A DNA stretch of 64,000 nucleotides. Origin: Octopus sinensis (taxonomy: Eukaryota). A program made the translations under genes and the position numbers. The stretch covers positions 26,784,001 through 26,848,000 of the forward strand of contig NC_043017.1 in the NCBI RefSeq assembly GCF_006345805.1. The letters run 5' to 3'. A model generated the notes under the pieces. The model did no database searches. It saw only the letters and a program-made list of their open reading frames with translations, and was not told where the DNA came from. The stretch's first letter is position 1. The number at the start of each line of letters is the position of its first letter. This document shows, one piece after another, positions 11,759-26,620 of the stretch.

Positions 11759-11965
11759 CTGTGTTTGCCCTCCCAACATCGCTTAACAACCGATGGTGGT
11801 ATGTTTACGTCCCCGTAACTTAGCGGTTCAGCAAAGGGGAGTGATAGAATAAGTACCCTGCTTACAAAGAATAAGTCCTGTGGTCGATTTGCTCGACTAA
11901 AGGTGGTGCTCCAGCATGGCCACAGTCAAATGTCTGAAACAAGTAAAAGAGTAAAAGAGTAAGAG
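11551..11965 (+). mobile_element. tRNA-derived SINE (family B; internal TA/TG microsatellite, GTAAAAGA tail)
   Basis: Homologous to copies at 21379, 48428 and 55514; A/B-box-like head GGGTTCAGTCCC. Resembles described Octopus tRNA-derived SINEs, but the family name is not verified. Confidence 0.88.
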
Positions 11966-12746
11966 TATATATATATATATATACATATACATACACGCAT
12001 AAGTGCATAATTACATACGTGCATACATATAGATATATACATGCATATGTGTGTGCGAGTGTGCTTTTGTTTCAGGGTGTCGCTTTACACTTGCTTGTGT
12101 CAGCATGTGTTTCGCTATATATGTTTGTGTCTTCGTACGTATAAGCGTACGCGCTCCTTCACGTAAAAAAAAACTAACAGAACTGCAATGTGCTTCAATG
12201 TGCATATTTATGCATACTCACACGTTCCTCATTTCATTAGTTTTTTTTATGCGTGATGTTTTTCCAATGCATCCCAGTGCACCACGGTTTTCCTCGCGTA
12301 ATATGCACGTACCAATATGACAACTTCTAAAAATATTTCCCATTGTCTTTTTTATCCTCGTCTTTTTTAATCTACATATAACACCTTATGTGTGTTCATT
12401 ATCTCACTTCGGTTTCATTTTCTCGATTAATAGTGTTGATTATTTTGTCGTTTCAATTTCGTTTACCCACAGAATTTGTTTTTTTTCTAACCGTATTTCC
12501 ATTATATTTTCCATCATCATGCAGGTATATTTCATTTTTTACTTTCCTTCATTCTCCGGTACGTAATCTACTTGTTTCGTGTACAATCACCTTAGTTATT
12601 ATGCCAATATACTCCATATTCACCTGCCTAATAGCAGTTTTTGCATTTTATTTTTTAATATAGTTACTTTGCCTGTCTTCTAAGTATTATCTCACTTGTC
12701 AGCTGCTAACGTATCCAACATGCCGCCATATTTGTTCACAGATAAT

Positions 12747-12779
<33 letters not shown>

Positions 12780-12809
12780 ATGTATATATGTATATGCATG
12801 TGGGTGTAC

Positions 12810-12843
<34 letters not shown>

Positions 12844-13148
12844 AGTTTTGATAGTTAAGGACATATAGCGGACACACGAACGTGTACAAGTCTGAGTCAA
12901 AAGATATTGTCTTATTTCAATCTCAAATAAATTACATAGAAAAAGCGTTTATAATCTATCACATCCCTTTGTCTGTGGTCACTGTTGTGCCAGAAGCTCG
13001 TTTCAACACTTACAACATAATATTTTATTTCAACCCCCCCAAATAATTATATCATATTTTTTACGTTTACCTTTGATAGAAGGATTGAAAAGAAAACCTC
13101 CGACAATATTATGTTTTTTTTCATGCGTTGTATTTATGACGTGTTTTA

Positions 13149-13350
13149 AGGCAGCGGGCTGGCACGATCGTTAGCACGCCGAGCAAAATGCTTAGTAGCA
13201 TTTCTTGCGTTTTTACGTTCTGAGTTCAAATTACACTTTGTCTTAGTCCTCTTTTCGGAGTCGATGAAATTAGTACCAGTTGTGTACTGGCGTCGATCTA
13301 ATTAACTTAACCACTTCTCCGAAATTGCTGGCCCTATGCCAAAATTTGAA
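13149..13350 (+). mobile_element. Degenerate tRNA-derived SINE (family A)
   Basis: gcgggctggcacgatcgttagcacgccgagcaaaatgcttag...gagttcaaat...agtaccagttg matches the copies at 42.1, 46.4 and 52.3 kb. Confidence 0.75.
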
Positions 13351-16094
13351 ACAATTCACATGTTTGATTTGAATAACTATCTCTCTAACTCACAGCAGTG
13401 TTTCTTATGTATGTATACATCTAAGATTAAACTTTAGTATCTAAACGATGCCGGGTGAGTATTCACTCATTTCAAGAACAACGAAAATCAAATCTGATTT
13501 TTCTACCTTGCTATATAAATAAAATAAAATAAATAAAATAAAATATCCACCTTGTTATATAAATCTACCTTATACAAATAATATTTTAAAATTGATATAA
13601 AATATCTATCATGCACTAAAGGTGAGTTTTTCTCTCTCTTTTACCTCCCTTTCTCTAGAAGAATTCGTTTTTGTTTATTAACAGACCCGGATAGAGATAG
13701 CTTCCACCTGGTCGAAACAAAGATAAACTCCCTAAGGACTCATCGGGAGTTCAAGCCCCGAATGAATGCAAGTGTATACGTATACCTATGAGTTTGAATG
13801 CATCGCAGATTGTATGTATGAAAGTCATTCACAAAGTCTATATTTGAATAAAAATTTCACGAAAAAGAAGTAAACCGACTTTCGTCTTTCTATGAGGGAA
13901 ACACGCTTGGCTTTTACTTTAGGGTTTGAAATCCGTACCACAATCTTACAAGACCACTCTGCTTAGCCACATAAACAATAATGGGATAATGAATATAAGC
14001 TTCTTTTCCTATTTGAATTACGCATGCAAAGCATATGAAAACACATATGCATATGTAATTTTACTTGTCTCAATAATTACATTTTCCTTCGTCTTAACTC
14101 AACAACTTTTCTCATAGAATAAATTGTTGGTTTCTCACGTTTTACAGCAAAATTATTATTTTTAATGCTGCCGAGGAATTCTCCTAACGAAGTTTCTTTT
14201 CGCTTCAGGTTGTCATTCTCTCGCAATTGCTTTTGTTTGATTAGGTTTTTTTCATTAACGTTAACATCAATTATTTTCAGACTTTCCATAATATTTTCCT
14301 TCTTATTTGTTTTTCTCATCTTTATACTTGTTATCTGATTTGCACAGAGCCATTATTTCTTATCTATGTCTACAACGAAGTCCCCATTCGTCATTGGAAT
14401 ATCTACTGCGATATGTTAACTTGTCAAAGTGAATGAGCATAATTTCTTAAGAAGCAGAGACAAAGGCCAAGTTAACAACTGCAGGGACATTGCACGCAAA
14501 TATTGAACTCGCTCGAAATAGCAGTTAAACGAGCAAAAGTAATATACCCTACTCTTCATAGCCAAGATCCCTCAACTTCTGGAACGTCATTATTGAAATG
14601 TGTGGTCGAGCATTGTCACGAAGAATGATTGACCCTCATCTGTTGACTAGTCTGGGACAGAGGAGTTGCAGTTTTTCGTTCATTTTGGTAATTTCACGGC
14701 AATATGTTTCTGCAGTAATGGTTTGTCTATGTTTTCAGAAGTTGTAATGGATGAGTCTAGCAGTACACAACCAAAGAGTCACCATAATTCTGTACACATT
14801 ATCTTATTTTATTCCAAATATTTGTTTCAAACTTTGGCACAAGACCAGCAAATTTGTAGAAAGTGTCAAGTTGATTCCATGGATCCCATTTTTTAACTGA
14901 TAATTAATTTCTATCGTTTCCAAAATGCTGATAGACAAAGAGGGCCCTTCCGGAAATTGGACGCAGAACGTAAGTTGGAAAAAAATGCCACTAAGCACTT
15001 TTTCTGGCGCAGTAACTATCCGGCGCGGTAACTATTTTGCCGTCTCCCCACGTTTAAGCATTTAAAGCATTTTAAGCATTTTGCCCGGCGTGCTATCGAT
15101 TCTTCTGGCTTAGTTGATTCTAAATATGCTTCAGGAAATGAATATTCGCACAGCGTCCTGCCCAAATAGTTGATCGTCAAAAAACAAATTAATCATTGAT
15201 TGAACCCCATTCATCATATATCGGTTGACAGGAAAAATGAAAGACAGCAACAATGATATAAACCTTATAAATGATGGACATCTTTGAAATCTTAAGCATA
15301 GGCTCATCCATATTTGCAAAGCATAGCGTATATATATTCAGTTAAATGTACCCGTGTATGTTTGGCTTGTATATTTTGTTTGTAAACTATATTTACAGTA
15401 TATAATATATACAGACATATCTAATTAATTAAAAAAAATAATTTGATAAATGAGGTCCTGCGTTCGATCATTCTTGGCAACATCTTAAATCTACTATAGC
15501 TTCTAGAGAAATGTATAGATGTTCGTCTAATTCAAGGACACATTAATTACAATATGCTGATAAAATTCTATGTGCCTGTGACAAGCTTTGCATTTTCACA
15601 CTTTAATACTAGGAACCGTTACTCTGATTGATTGAACATCAGAATGAAATATGATAGACTCAACGAAATGGGAGAAAAAAGAAACAGACAATCGTCTCTA
15701 ATATCCACCCCCATCGCTCCTAGTAACAAAATTGCCTGACATGTAATATATGCGACATGGAATTAAATATATACTAAATTATACACTGACGTAGGTATAT
15801 ACTTTAAATGTGGTAGTTATATATCAGCTTCTTTTTGCCTGAAGAGCAATATAGCTGTACTTACGGACACCAACGCAAATTCAGTTTCTTTGCACATCAT
15901 TCACACCAAAGCCTTGCTCGTATGCAACAATATTAGAAGTCACTTGATCTAGATGATGCCCAATGGCCGCGGCTCGAAGCAAACTTAGTCACTATACAAT
16001 GTTTGCATTTACGCTCTCCGATATTTATTTGAAAAAGAAAGAATACATCAAATATCTCTTCTCAAAAATAAGTTTTCTCATTCGACATATAGTT

Positions 16095-16545
16095 AATATA
16101 CAGTTTATATAACTCCAGACCTAGTTTATATATAGTTTATATAATTCTAGACTGAGTTCATATATAGTTTATATCATTCCAGATATAGTTTGATATAAAG
16201 TTTATATAATTCCAGATACAGTTTATATATATATTTTATAATTCCAGGTAAAGTTTATATATATTTTGTATAATTCCAGACGGATCTTATATATGGTTTA
16301 TATAATTCCAGATATGGTTTATATATAGATTTCATAATTCCAGACATTAATTATATATTGTTTTTATGATTCCAGATATAGTTTATATAGACTCCATATA
16401 ACTCCAGATAAAGTTTATACATAATATGAATTCTATATATAATTTATATGTAATATAATTCCCATATATAGTATGCATATAATATAATTTCCAGATGTAG
16501 AATATATATGATTCAGATATAGTTTATATTATATAATTCCAGTCA
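16095..16545. repeat. Degenerate ~21-24-bp minisatellite, consensus about TATAGTTTATATAATTCCAGA
   Basis: attccaga / gtttatata recur roughly every 21-24 bp. Confidence 0.85.
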
Positions 16546-17344
16546 GAAAATGTGGATTGAAAATTATAACTTCGATAAAAAACGAATAGACATTGTATTT
16601 TGGTTGCCTTATTCATAGGTATTCGCGTGTTTATTTTACCTTCTTTTTTTTCCTTCTTATTTCATATGCATAAAACTGCTTGGGCGTTTGAAGGATAGAA
16701 AGAATATCTCTTGTGCGATCCTGGACCAACTAGAAATAGAGCTGATGTCACGTAAAAGGAAACTATTCAATTAAGTTGATAAACCGATCCTAAATACTCA
16801 TATGCATGAGGCTGAAAGTATGGCGCAAGCGCATTCAGGAAAGTGGTAAAAATACGCGATCAACATTGTCCCCTGATTAAGCAACCCTCATAGCATAATT
16901 CACAAGACATTCAGTATTCGTCTTTGTAGTCATGCGAGCTAATATGCACCATTATATTAAAGAAAATGATATGTCAACCAGCAGGAATGGACAAGGAATT
17001 GTATTCTTTAATGGCGATCCGAGAAAGACAGCGAGCTTGACAAACGTAGCAGAAAAATGTCTTGCAGCAGAGTTTGTCGAAACGACATTGTTAGAGGCCG
17101 CAACTGTTATCGAGAATGGAATATAAATGATCAGCAGAGCGTATGAGAATTAACATAACCAAAATAACGAAAGAAAAGATTCACCACGCCGTTGACTTCG
17201 AAAGGTCTAAACAGGCAAACGTTGCGGAAAAAGAACATGCACAACTCCTGCACGCTAATAGCGACACGGCAGTGTATCAATTATACTTACCTACCGACTC
17301 GCCTATTTACACACACGCACACGCACGCACACATGTCTATGTAT

Positions 17345-17730
17345 AGGCATACATATATAATATATATATATATATATGTTTATATAAACATATATATGTG
17401 TATATATATATATATATATACGTACATATTTATGAGTATATATATATATAGGTATATATATAAATATGTATATATATGGATATATATTTATTATATGTCT
17501 TTATATATACATATATATGTATATATATACATATATATATATACGTACATATTTATGAGTATATATATAGGTATATATATATGTATATATATTGTATATA
17601 TATATATATACACTTATTTATAAGAATACATATATATATACATATATATATATAATATATATATATGTATGCATATATATATATATACATACATATATAT
17701 ATATAATATATATATTATATATATATATAC

Positions 17731-17815
<85 letters not shown>
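17345..17815. repeat. Long imperfect (TA)n-rich tract
   Basis: Direct reading. Confidence 0.95.
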
Positions 17816-17816
<1 letters not shown>

Positions 17817-18682
17817 TGTTGGCTAAATAAAATACTGCTTGGTTTACAGGAAAGATATGTTTACGACAAAGATCCGCACCAGACTTCCATGTTCTTTTGT
17901 CCACATGGTTGAATATAATCCATAAGAGAGTGTTAGTTTTGCTTGAAGCGGAATACAAAGTAGTACGTCAATGTAAAACGCTTGTTTCCAGAAAACATTT
18001 GATCCGATGGAAATGCATTTATGCAGAGATACTAACACACACACACACAGTGACATAGAGAAACACATATCTTTATACGTATTTATGCATGAAAAAGAAA
18101 ATAAGTTTATATGCTTATACAAGTGTGAGTTTCCGCGTATGTGATTGCTTGGTGTATAAAATAATTATATCCCTATACGTGTTATTGTGTAAGGTGATTG
18201 TATAAGGTATTGCATATATGTGCTAGCTTACGTTTGTATGTGTTGGACGAGGCTGTCATTGTGCGTGGGCATAACAAGAATTTCAGCGTATTTTCTACCT
18301 GCTGAGTTCAAGATACTTGTTACCACCAATATTTCTCGCTAACGAATATCAGAGGATATATCTGGCAAAACTTTGAACATATCATTATAGAATATGCTGA
18401 GTGTCAGAAATAAATGAAGCGTCTTAGCATATTTTATTTTATATCACACATTATGCATGGCATTATATAAAATTCTCTTGCTCACCTGTCGCTATTTAGA
18501 GTTGAACATAAACAGTCGACATAATTTTAAAACAGACTTAAAAATACACTCGTTGACTCAACCAGAGAGTGGAAGGTGACGAATGTCGAAACAAGCCTGC
18601 GTTGAACACTGCTCTAAATAATGCCAAATGAGAAGGTGTATTTACATACGATATTATGTCATGTGTAATACTATATGATTAA

Positions 18683-18965
18683 TCTTTATATATAAAAGTG
18701 AAGTTGTGTGTCTGTCTCCTACGATTTAGATTCCTAACTACTCCCACATTTTGCGGTGCTGTTTAACCAAAAGCGGGTATCTTATAGTCGTGATTCATAA
18801 CGAGCCCTTCTGGGTATTAGCAAGCGTCTACGATGAGTCTACGATTTAAAAACAAATTTACCATCATTTCGTCCCATTTTTAATGCATTTTTTGCTATTA
18901 TATAAGGGAAATAACTCTCTAAAAATGCTTATATAGTTATTCCCTTACAAACACGAGCAACGGGT
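18683..18965 (+). mobile_element. Non-autonomous Helitron with degraded 3' end
   Basis: Starts a|TCtttatatataaaag; body homologous to 24178-24483 and 24593-24890. Confidence 0.8.
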
Positions 18966-19404
18966 TATATATGTATATATATATATATGAGTGTATATAT
19001 ATATATATATATATATATGTTTATATATATATACACACAGGTATACTTATACATATGTAGAGAGAGGGCGAGAAAGAGATAGAGACAGGCAGTCAGAAAG
19101 ACAGACAGACAGACAGGCAGACAGTCAAAGGCAGAGAGATGAAATTAGTGATGAGCGGGAATTAAAACAATATCTTGCAACATTAGTTAATGTCGAACGT
19201 ATCATCAATTGCACGAACCAACAGTGTCATGGCGCAATAATTGTAGATATTATTTCTATTCGAAATGTGTCCGTGCCCGTGCGTGTGTGTGTACGTATGA
19301 TTGTGTGCGTGCGTATGTGTGCGTGTGTAGTTTGTGTGATGTGTGTTGTGTGAGTATAAACGTATGTATGTATGTATATTATATATATATTGTATATCTA
19401 TCTA

Positions 19405-19460
<56 letters not shown>

Positions 19461-21344
19461 CATGCATATATGCATATATATATATATACATACATCATAA
19501 ACGCATGCACATAGATTTCATTATTCTTCAGTTACACAAAATGGTGCCTAGCAACAAACACCGTATTTAATATCAGGATCAAGCTTCTACACAGAGAATT
19601 ACATAATCTACCAATAACCTTAATCTACAATGCTCTGGAGATTACTGTTTTTGCTTAATCCGATGTTTCCTTTGATCTACAAGACATTTGATCAAAGGAT
19701 TTCTATCCATGCCTATCCCACCCATTTTGTAACCAGGACCTAATTTATCTGGAAACACAATATCCCTGGGACATGACTTCTTATAACATAATTGAGGCTT
19801 ATTTTATCGTAATGCACTTGAAGTTTGTAACAGGAAAATCGATGCTGTAAAGGCTCTGATTATGAGGACTATGATAATGGTGATATCGCCGATTGAAATC
19901 TAATACCACAGTAAGCCGGATTATGAAGCACAAACATCTATTTTCCACCCGTGATCATCCCATTTTGTTTCGTAATCCTCAAATATTTAGAACAATTTTT
20001 CTCCAAAGTTTATATAATTAAGGAAGATGTTACGTTATGATTATTAAAGAATCGCTTTCCAAAAGTAGGATATCGAGTCACTAAGAACAATATTTTCTTG
20101 TCATTTACAATTCTATTGCTCATAATAGAGATTTCCTAGAACTCATAGAATGTAGGGTTATCCATTTATTCTTCGTGATTTCGTTTCAAATAAAGCTGAT
20201 ATATAACCTGCATTTCATTCTTTGAAGGTCGACGAGATTAAAGTCCACGACAGTAGATTAGCGACAATTTAAGAACGTTGGAACGGATGCAATGTGTCCT
20301 TTTTTTTTATATATTTTTAAGTATAATCCCAATACTACCTACTTTTGCGGCATATCTAAGAGGTCACTCGGTTTAACTTTACACTCGAGCAGCATGTAAG
20401 TCTGTAACGAAATAGATTAGCGGGACGATGGAACGGATATTTAATACAATGGTATATATCCTGGTTCTTTGCACTTTGAATTCAAATCTCAGGATAGCCT
20501 ACTTTCGAGGTAGATGTAAGCTGTCACCGGTTTAACATTATACCCTGGCGTCACATACGTCTATAGCGATGCCAGGAATTAGATCCTGATCTGCGGTTTG
20601 AAGAAATGTTCTTATTTTCTTTCTTTTCAAAACCTTCGTACTCCTTGCAAACAACTAAAGCCACTGTATTCTATACATAGAAAAAAAAACTACTAATTTT
20701 GATGAAGTTTATGATATTCATGATCATATGTAATGGCGGTGCCCCAGCATAGCCACAACTCGTGAGCTGAAACTAGATAAAATAAAAATAAAATAAATAA
20801 AATATTCCATGGTTGGTGATGATGGATGACGATCACAACACCGAAGTTGATGACGACGACAATGATAATAACGAGCATATTTATTAATTCGGGGATAATT
20901 ATTCAATATCGTTAATGAACATAGAGACACCAAAGTGTTTCCTGGATGTGCACATATTCATGCGAAGAGTTATTTATAGTAATTTTCTGCGCAGCATTTT
21001 CAGACACACATTTACATTGGCAAGTATTTAAAGATTGAAATCAAACTATGCATGTTCCTATTTTTTAAAATGAATGAACGCTACATTGAATATCATATGT
21101 CTTCTTAGAGAAATAGAAATAATCGAGTTGGAAAGTGGGAGCGAATTACTAGTCAGATATATTAAGAAATGCCAATTGAAGCTTGAATTATTCGCAAGTC
21201 AAATATAATTGGCGTTGCGTTACAGGATGGACCGTAATAATTAATATTGTATATATGTATGTATGTATGTATGTCAGTGTGTATTATATATTAGGATTTG
21301 AGGATATGCATACGTTTATACATATCTTTATCTATTTACCTTCG

Positions 21345-21378
<34 letters not shown>

Positions 21379-21379
<1 letters not shown>

Positions 21380-21781
21380 TCTTTACTCTTTTACTCTTTT
21401 ACTTGTTTCAGTCATTTGACTGCGGCCATGCTGGAGCACCGCCTTTAGTCGAGCAAATCGACCCTGGGACTTATTCTTTTGTAAGCCCAGTTCTTATTCT
21501 ATCGGTCTCTTTTGCCGTAACGCTAAGTGACGGGGACTTAAACACACCAGCATCGGTTGTCAAACAATGCTAGGGGTACAAACACAGACACACAAACATA
21601 CACACACACACATATATACGGCGGGCTTCTTTCAGTTTCCGTCTACCAAATCCACTCACAAGGCTTTGGTCGGCCCGAGGCTACAGTAGAAGACACTTGC
21701 CCAAGGTGCCACGCAGTGGGACGGAACCCGGAACCATGTGGTTGGGAAGCAAGCTACTTACCACACAGCCACTCCTGCGCC
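21379..21781 (-). mobile_element. tRNA-derived SINE (family B)
   Basis: Full-length reverse-complement match to the 55514 copy. Confidence 0.9.
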
Positions 21782-21790
21782 TATATATAT

Positions 21791-21836
<46 letters not shown>

Positions 21837-23154
21837 ATATATTTGATTTCGCATCAGCAACTGGCTTTCCCTCAAGGACGTCTCATTACATTGTAGAACC
21901 GAAGAGAAATACACAACACAACCTAACCGATATACGTTTGTGCTGTCTGTGCGCGCGCGTGTGTGTGTGTGTGTCTGTTTCTCTTGTCTTTCAGTGATGT
22001 ATCTAGGAATTCGTGGGCGTCTGTTCCTGTTTTCCTGTACGTTATGTTAGTATTTGCCAAAAGTACAGAAATATGCAACATAACGATAATGTAGCTAAAA
22101 GTGAACATTATTTAATATTCCGAAACGGATATACGTACATAAGATTTCAGGAGAATTATTAACATTCTATATATATTTAAATATCGGAATAACTTTTATC
22201 ATATAATTACACTTCATTTATTTTTGCCTCAAATATTAAAAATCGTTGGATTCTAAATTTCCGATTTTTATCTCTATAATTTCCCAGAACGTAATATATT
22301 TATATTTTAAATCGTATCTAATTTTTGGGCCTTTGAATATATTTGATTTCAAATCAAAGAAAATATGGCTGTCTGGCACATTACATTTACGTTTGTTGAT
22401 CCAAAACTGACCTTTTCCTATCAATAGATTTGAGATAACTTGTAAGTAGGTATAGATTTCCTTATGTATACGCAAAAAATTTGACTGCATTTCTTTAATG
22501 CTCATAAAACTCAATAGAAATTCAGTTTGTTATTGTAAAACATGTTAAAAACCATCAACGCAAATAGTAGAAGCGGGCGTTAGCAAATAAATCTTTTTCA
22601 GCTCTCAAAATATTATATATATTTCTCTAAAGCTGGAATTTATTCGATTTTTCTGCATTAGTATTATGCTCAAGTTAAATTTTTCCTTATTTATTTAAAT
22701 AACTTCTGTATTGGTACATATATCTTACAGGGTACAATTCATTATAAATTAAATTATTTCACATATCATTAAACACTACATCGGACTTAAATTTCTTTTG
22801 GATACAGTTTGTGTTTTGACTATGCGTACAGGTATTTTGGTGTAAAAGTCGAAGATAGAAATTCATTTGTATTGTTAAGTAGATGAGAATATCAATAAGT
22901 AAAAGTAATTTTATTTATTAGCATTTTGTTTACCAAATATCATTTCAGTGCATTGAATAGTGGTATCGATACCTAGCCTTTCTTATTCTTAGCCTGTAAG
23001 TATTGCTTAGGGTAAATCACGCTACAATTTCTAAAACGCCAATATAGCGAGTAATGTAAATATTCTTTGCATGAAAAACGCTGCCGTGTAAAGATGCGTT
23101 TATAAGTGTCAGTTTTTGTGTGTCTCTATATATATGTGTATGTGTATATATATA

Positions 23155-23215
<61 letters not shown>

Positions 23216-24177
23216 TATGCACATATATATATTTATACACACACATGCTCACACAGACGCACACGCACACACAAGCACTAGTAATTCGATTTTTCCTTCT
23301 GATTAAGTATTGTTCTTTCTTTACTATCCCCTATCTGAAAATCTTTCGGTACTCATCCTACATCCTGTGGCTTCTTCAGCGACTCAACATCTCATGTTTC
23401 TGCTCCTGTTTTTCTAATTTTTTAGTCCCCCACCACCACACACATGCATATATATATATATAATATATATATATTATATTATATATATATTATATATATA
23501 TATATATATTATATATATCGTACATTTCTGATTTCCTAATTGCAACGTTATAAATGTAATTATGGTTTAGATTTATGTGTTCACTACTGAAATAAAAACT
23601 TATTAATGTATCAACCTGAATACACGTTGATTTTTAAATAATTTTAAAAACTATTATTGAACTTACATTTGTACAATATATTGTCACACTACAATGATTA
23701 ATATAGAATTTATTTATTTTCATTTCGATATTTTGTTCATTTCAGTCAGTGAAATGAAATATTTATTAGTAAATTGTTGAATGAAAGCTATGTCACGACT
23801 TTGAAAACATACTTAATTGCTAACATAATTTTGACATAATTATCTGATTTTCGCAAGCTTCTGATATAACATACGATTTTAATAAATTGCACGTGCATGT
23901 AATTTGTGTATTGAGAGATTCAATCTGAAACATAAATCAAAGGAAAAAATTATTTGCTGTGAAACTTGATCACTTCATTACGGTGAGAGCTATGTATGAT
24001 TCCAACTAGTTCATACTGTTCCTGAGCTCGTTATATCCATCTATGTGCACACATTCTCTTACTATATTTCGTAGAGTAGACAATTGCTTTTTACTTGGTT
24101 ATTGGCCCATTACATAAATTCCCACATTGAGGTTGAACTTGACATGGTTCTCTGCTTCCCGATTTGATACTGTGCAA

Positions 24178-24483
24178 TCTTTATATATAAAAATTATGTT
24201 GTGTGTGTGAGACTCTGTCTCCTCCGAATTAGATTCCAAACTACTCCCACATTTTGCGGTGCAGTTTAATCAAAAGCGGGTATCTTATAGTCGTCATTCA
24301 TATCGAGCCCTTCTGGGTATTAGCGCGCGTCTACGATGAGTCTACGATTTAAAAAAAAATTACCATAATTTTTCTGCATTTTTAATGATTTTTGCTCGGG
24401 TTATAGAAGGGAAGTAACTCTCTAAAAATGATTATATAGTTATTTCCCTTACAAACCCGCGAAACGCCGGGCGATGCTGCTAG
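24178..24483 (+). mobile_element. Complete non-autonomous Helitron
   Basis: 5' a|TC; 3' hairpin cccgcgaaacgccggg then CTAG|t; A/T insertion site, no TSD. Confidence 0.88.
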
Positions 24484-24592
24484 TAACATATATATCACAG
24501 GTTAAATTCATAGATGTTATGATTAATATTTTAAACATGAAGTCGTGGATGAGAATTTCCCTCCATGAATCATGATCATTTTTTATTTGCAA

Positions 24593-24890
24593 CTAGGAGT
24601 ATCGCCCGGCGTTGCTAGGGTTTGTAAGGGAAATAACTATATAAACATTTTCAGAGAGTTACTTCCCTTATATAATAGCGAAAAAATGCATTAAAATGGA
24701 AAAAAATGATGGTAATTGTTTTTTAAAATCGTAGACTCATCGTTGACGCGCGCTAATACCCAGCAGGGCTTGATATGAATCACGACTATAAGATACCCGG
24801 TTTTGGCTAAACTGCACCGCAAAATGTGGGAGTACTTAGGAATCTAAATCGTAGGCGACAGACACACAACCTTACTTTTATATATAAAGA
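24593..24890 (-). mobile_element. Complete non-autonomous Helitron, same family, opposite strand
   Basis: Minus strand: a|TCtttatatataaaag ... ccctagcaacgccgggcgatactcCTAG|t. Confidence 0.88.
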
Positions 24891-25168
24891 TTTCACATTT
24901 TGTATAATGTAGTAGTAATTAAATAATATATTTTTTATGATTTACAAACACGAGTGAAATCAAACTCATTCTACTAACAAATCGCCACTTGTAAGTAATA
25001 TCCTGATTTGCATACAACTGCAACCAAATGTCGCTTGATTATATGACTCGATGAATTAATCATAACACACGTCGCGGACATATCTTGGACTATAAAAGAA
25101 CAAAATATATGCGGGCTCCTTCGTCTGCTCATGGAACTGTATTTTTTTGTGAAGCATGTCTGCTTTGT

Positions 25169-25472
25169 GGAGGCGCAATGACCCAGTGGTTAGGGCGGCG
25201 GAGTTGCGGTCGGAGGATCGTGGTTTCGATTTGCAGACCGGGCGGTGTGTGTATTTATTGAGCGAAAACACCTAAAGGCTCCACGAGACTCCGGCAGGGG
25301 GTAGTGGCGACCCCTGTTGTACTCTTTCACCACAACTTTCTCTCGCTCTCTCTCTCTTGCTGTTTCTTGAGTAACTCTGCAATGGACTGGCGTCCTGTCC
25401 AGCTGGGGAACACATACACCACAGAACCTGGGAAACCGAGCCCATGAGACTGGCTAGGCTTGAAAAGGGCGA
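25169..25472 (+). mobile_element. tRNA-derived SINE (family C)
   Basis: ggaggcgcaatgacccAGTGGTTAGG...GGTTTCGATTtgcagaccggg; homologous to 47108 and 50180. Confidence 0.85.
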
Positions 25473-26344
25473 CGTTTATCGTTTTATGTCTGCTTTGCTC
25501 TACATACGTTTTAAATGTGGATTACAATAATGCAGATAATTGCATAGTGGCATTTCGGGGTAAGGTTTCTCGACAGACAAATATATATACTTTAACTCTG
25601 AAATACAGCTAGGTGTTATATTTGAGTTAAACAGGGACTTACCGCTAGAAGAAAACACCTGAATACTAGCGCTTAGACAATAGGCAAACAAAAATTATAT
25701 ATTTAAAATTCTTTTCCGTATGAATGTCTTGTTGCTGTAATATATACCAGAAGATAAAATGATATCTAAAGCACTGTTTCAATGGACCGTTGGTGTTTCA
25801 ATCTGTTGGTGATAAGATTTACATTTTCATAGCCATAAACTGTTATATGAATTGAAAGTAAGAAAGAAAAAACAAACAATTGTTTTTGACATATTTATCG
25901 TTATACAAGTGCAAGGAAGTTGTTTTATTCATTTTTGGCACGAAGCCACTAACAAAAAAATTGTAGGTTATTCTGGAGGTGAAAATGGGAAATAATCAAT
26001 TTTACAATATAATGACAGACGATACTTTTAGCAGCGATGTTATATAAATGAGTATTCTGAGGATAAACAAGGTGAGGTCGAAAATGATTATTGAGAGGAA
26101 ATTCAAGGTATTATTTTTATATTACTTGAATGGTTTTATTTCAATATGAACAGAAAAGAATACGGGTAATAGTTTTACGTTGCGTTTTTAAGTGTGATAA
26201 CATTAACGGTTTTGTTATAACCCAAATCACATTTTTTTTAACGACTTTCTTCTAAATACAATTTTTGGCTTGTTCAGAAGAAGAGGGATTTCTTTAGTTA
26301 AATGAAATCAATGGAAAAGCCATCAGGAGTATAATATTTTAAAA

Positions 26345-26489
26345 TTATCACTACTAATACTTATTACTACTACCATTACTGCTGCTGTTGTCACTGCTGC
26401 TGCTGCAACTACTACTACTACTACTCTACTACTACTACTACTACTACTACAACTACTACTACTACTACTATTACTACTACCACTAATAT

Positions 26490-26521
<32 letters not shown>

Positions 26522-26581
26522 TTACTACTACTACTACTACTACTACTAATACTACTACTACTACTAATAATAATAATAATG

Positions 26582-26619
<38 letters not shown>

Positions 26620-26620
26620 C
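26345..26620. repeat. (ACT)n/(AAT)n compound microsatellite
   Basis: Direct reading. Confidence 0.95.

Noticed and set aside
13705-13765. Minus-strand CCGATGA-gtcc-ttag-ggag resembling a hammerhead
   Set aside because: No GAAA follows stem II and there is no stem I or III.
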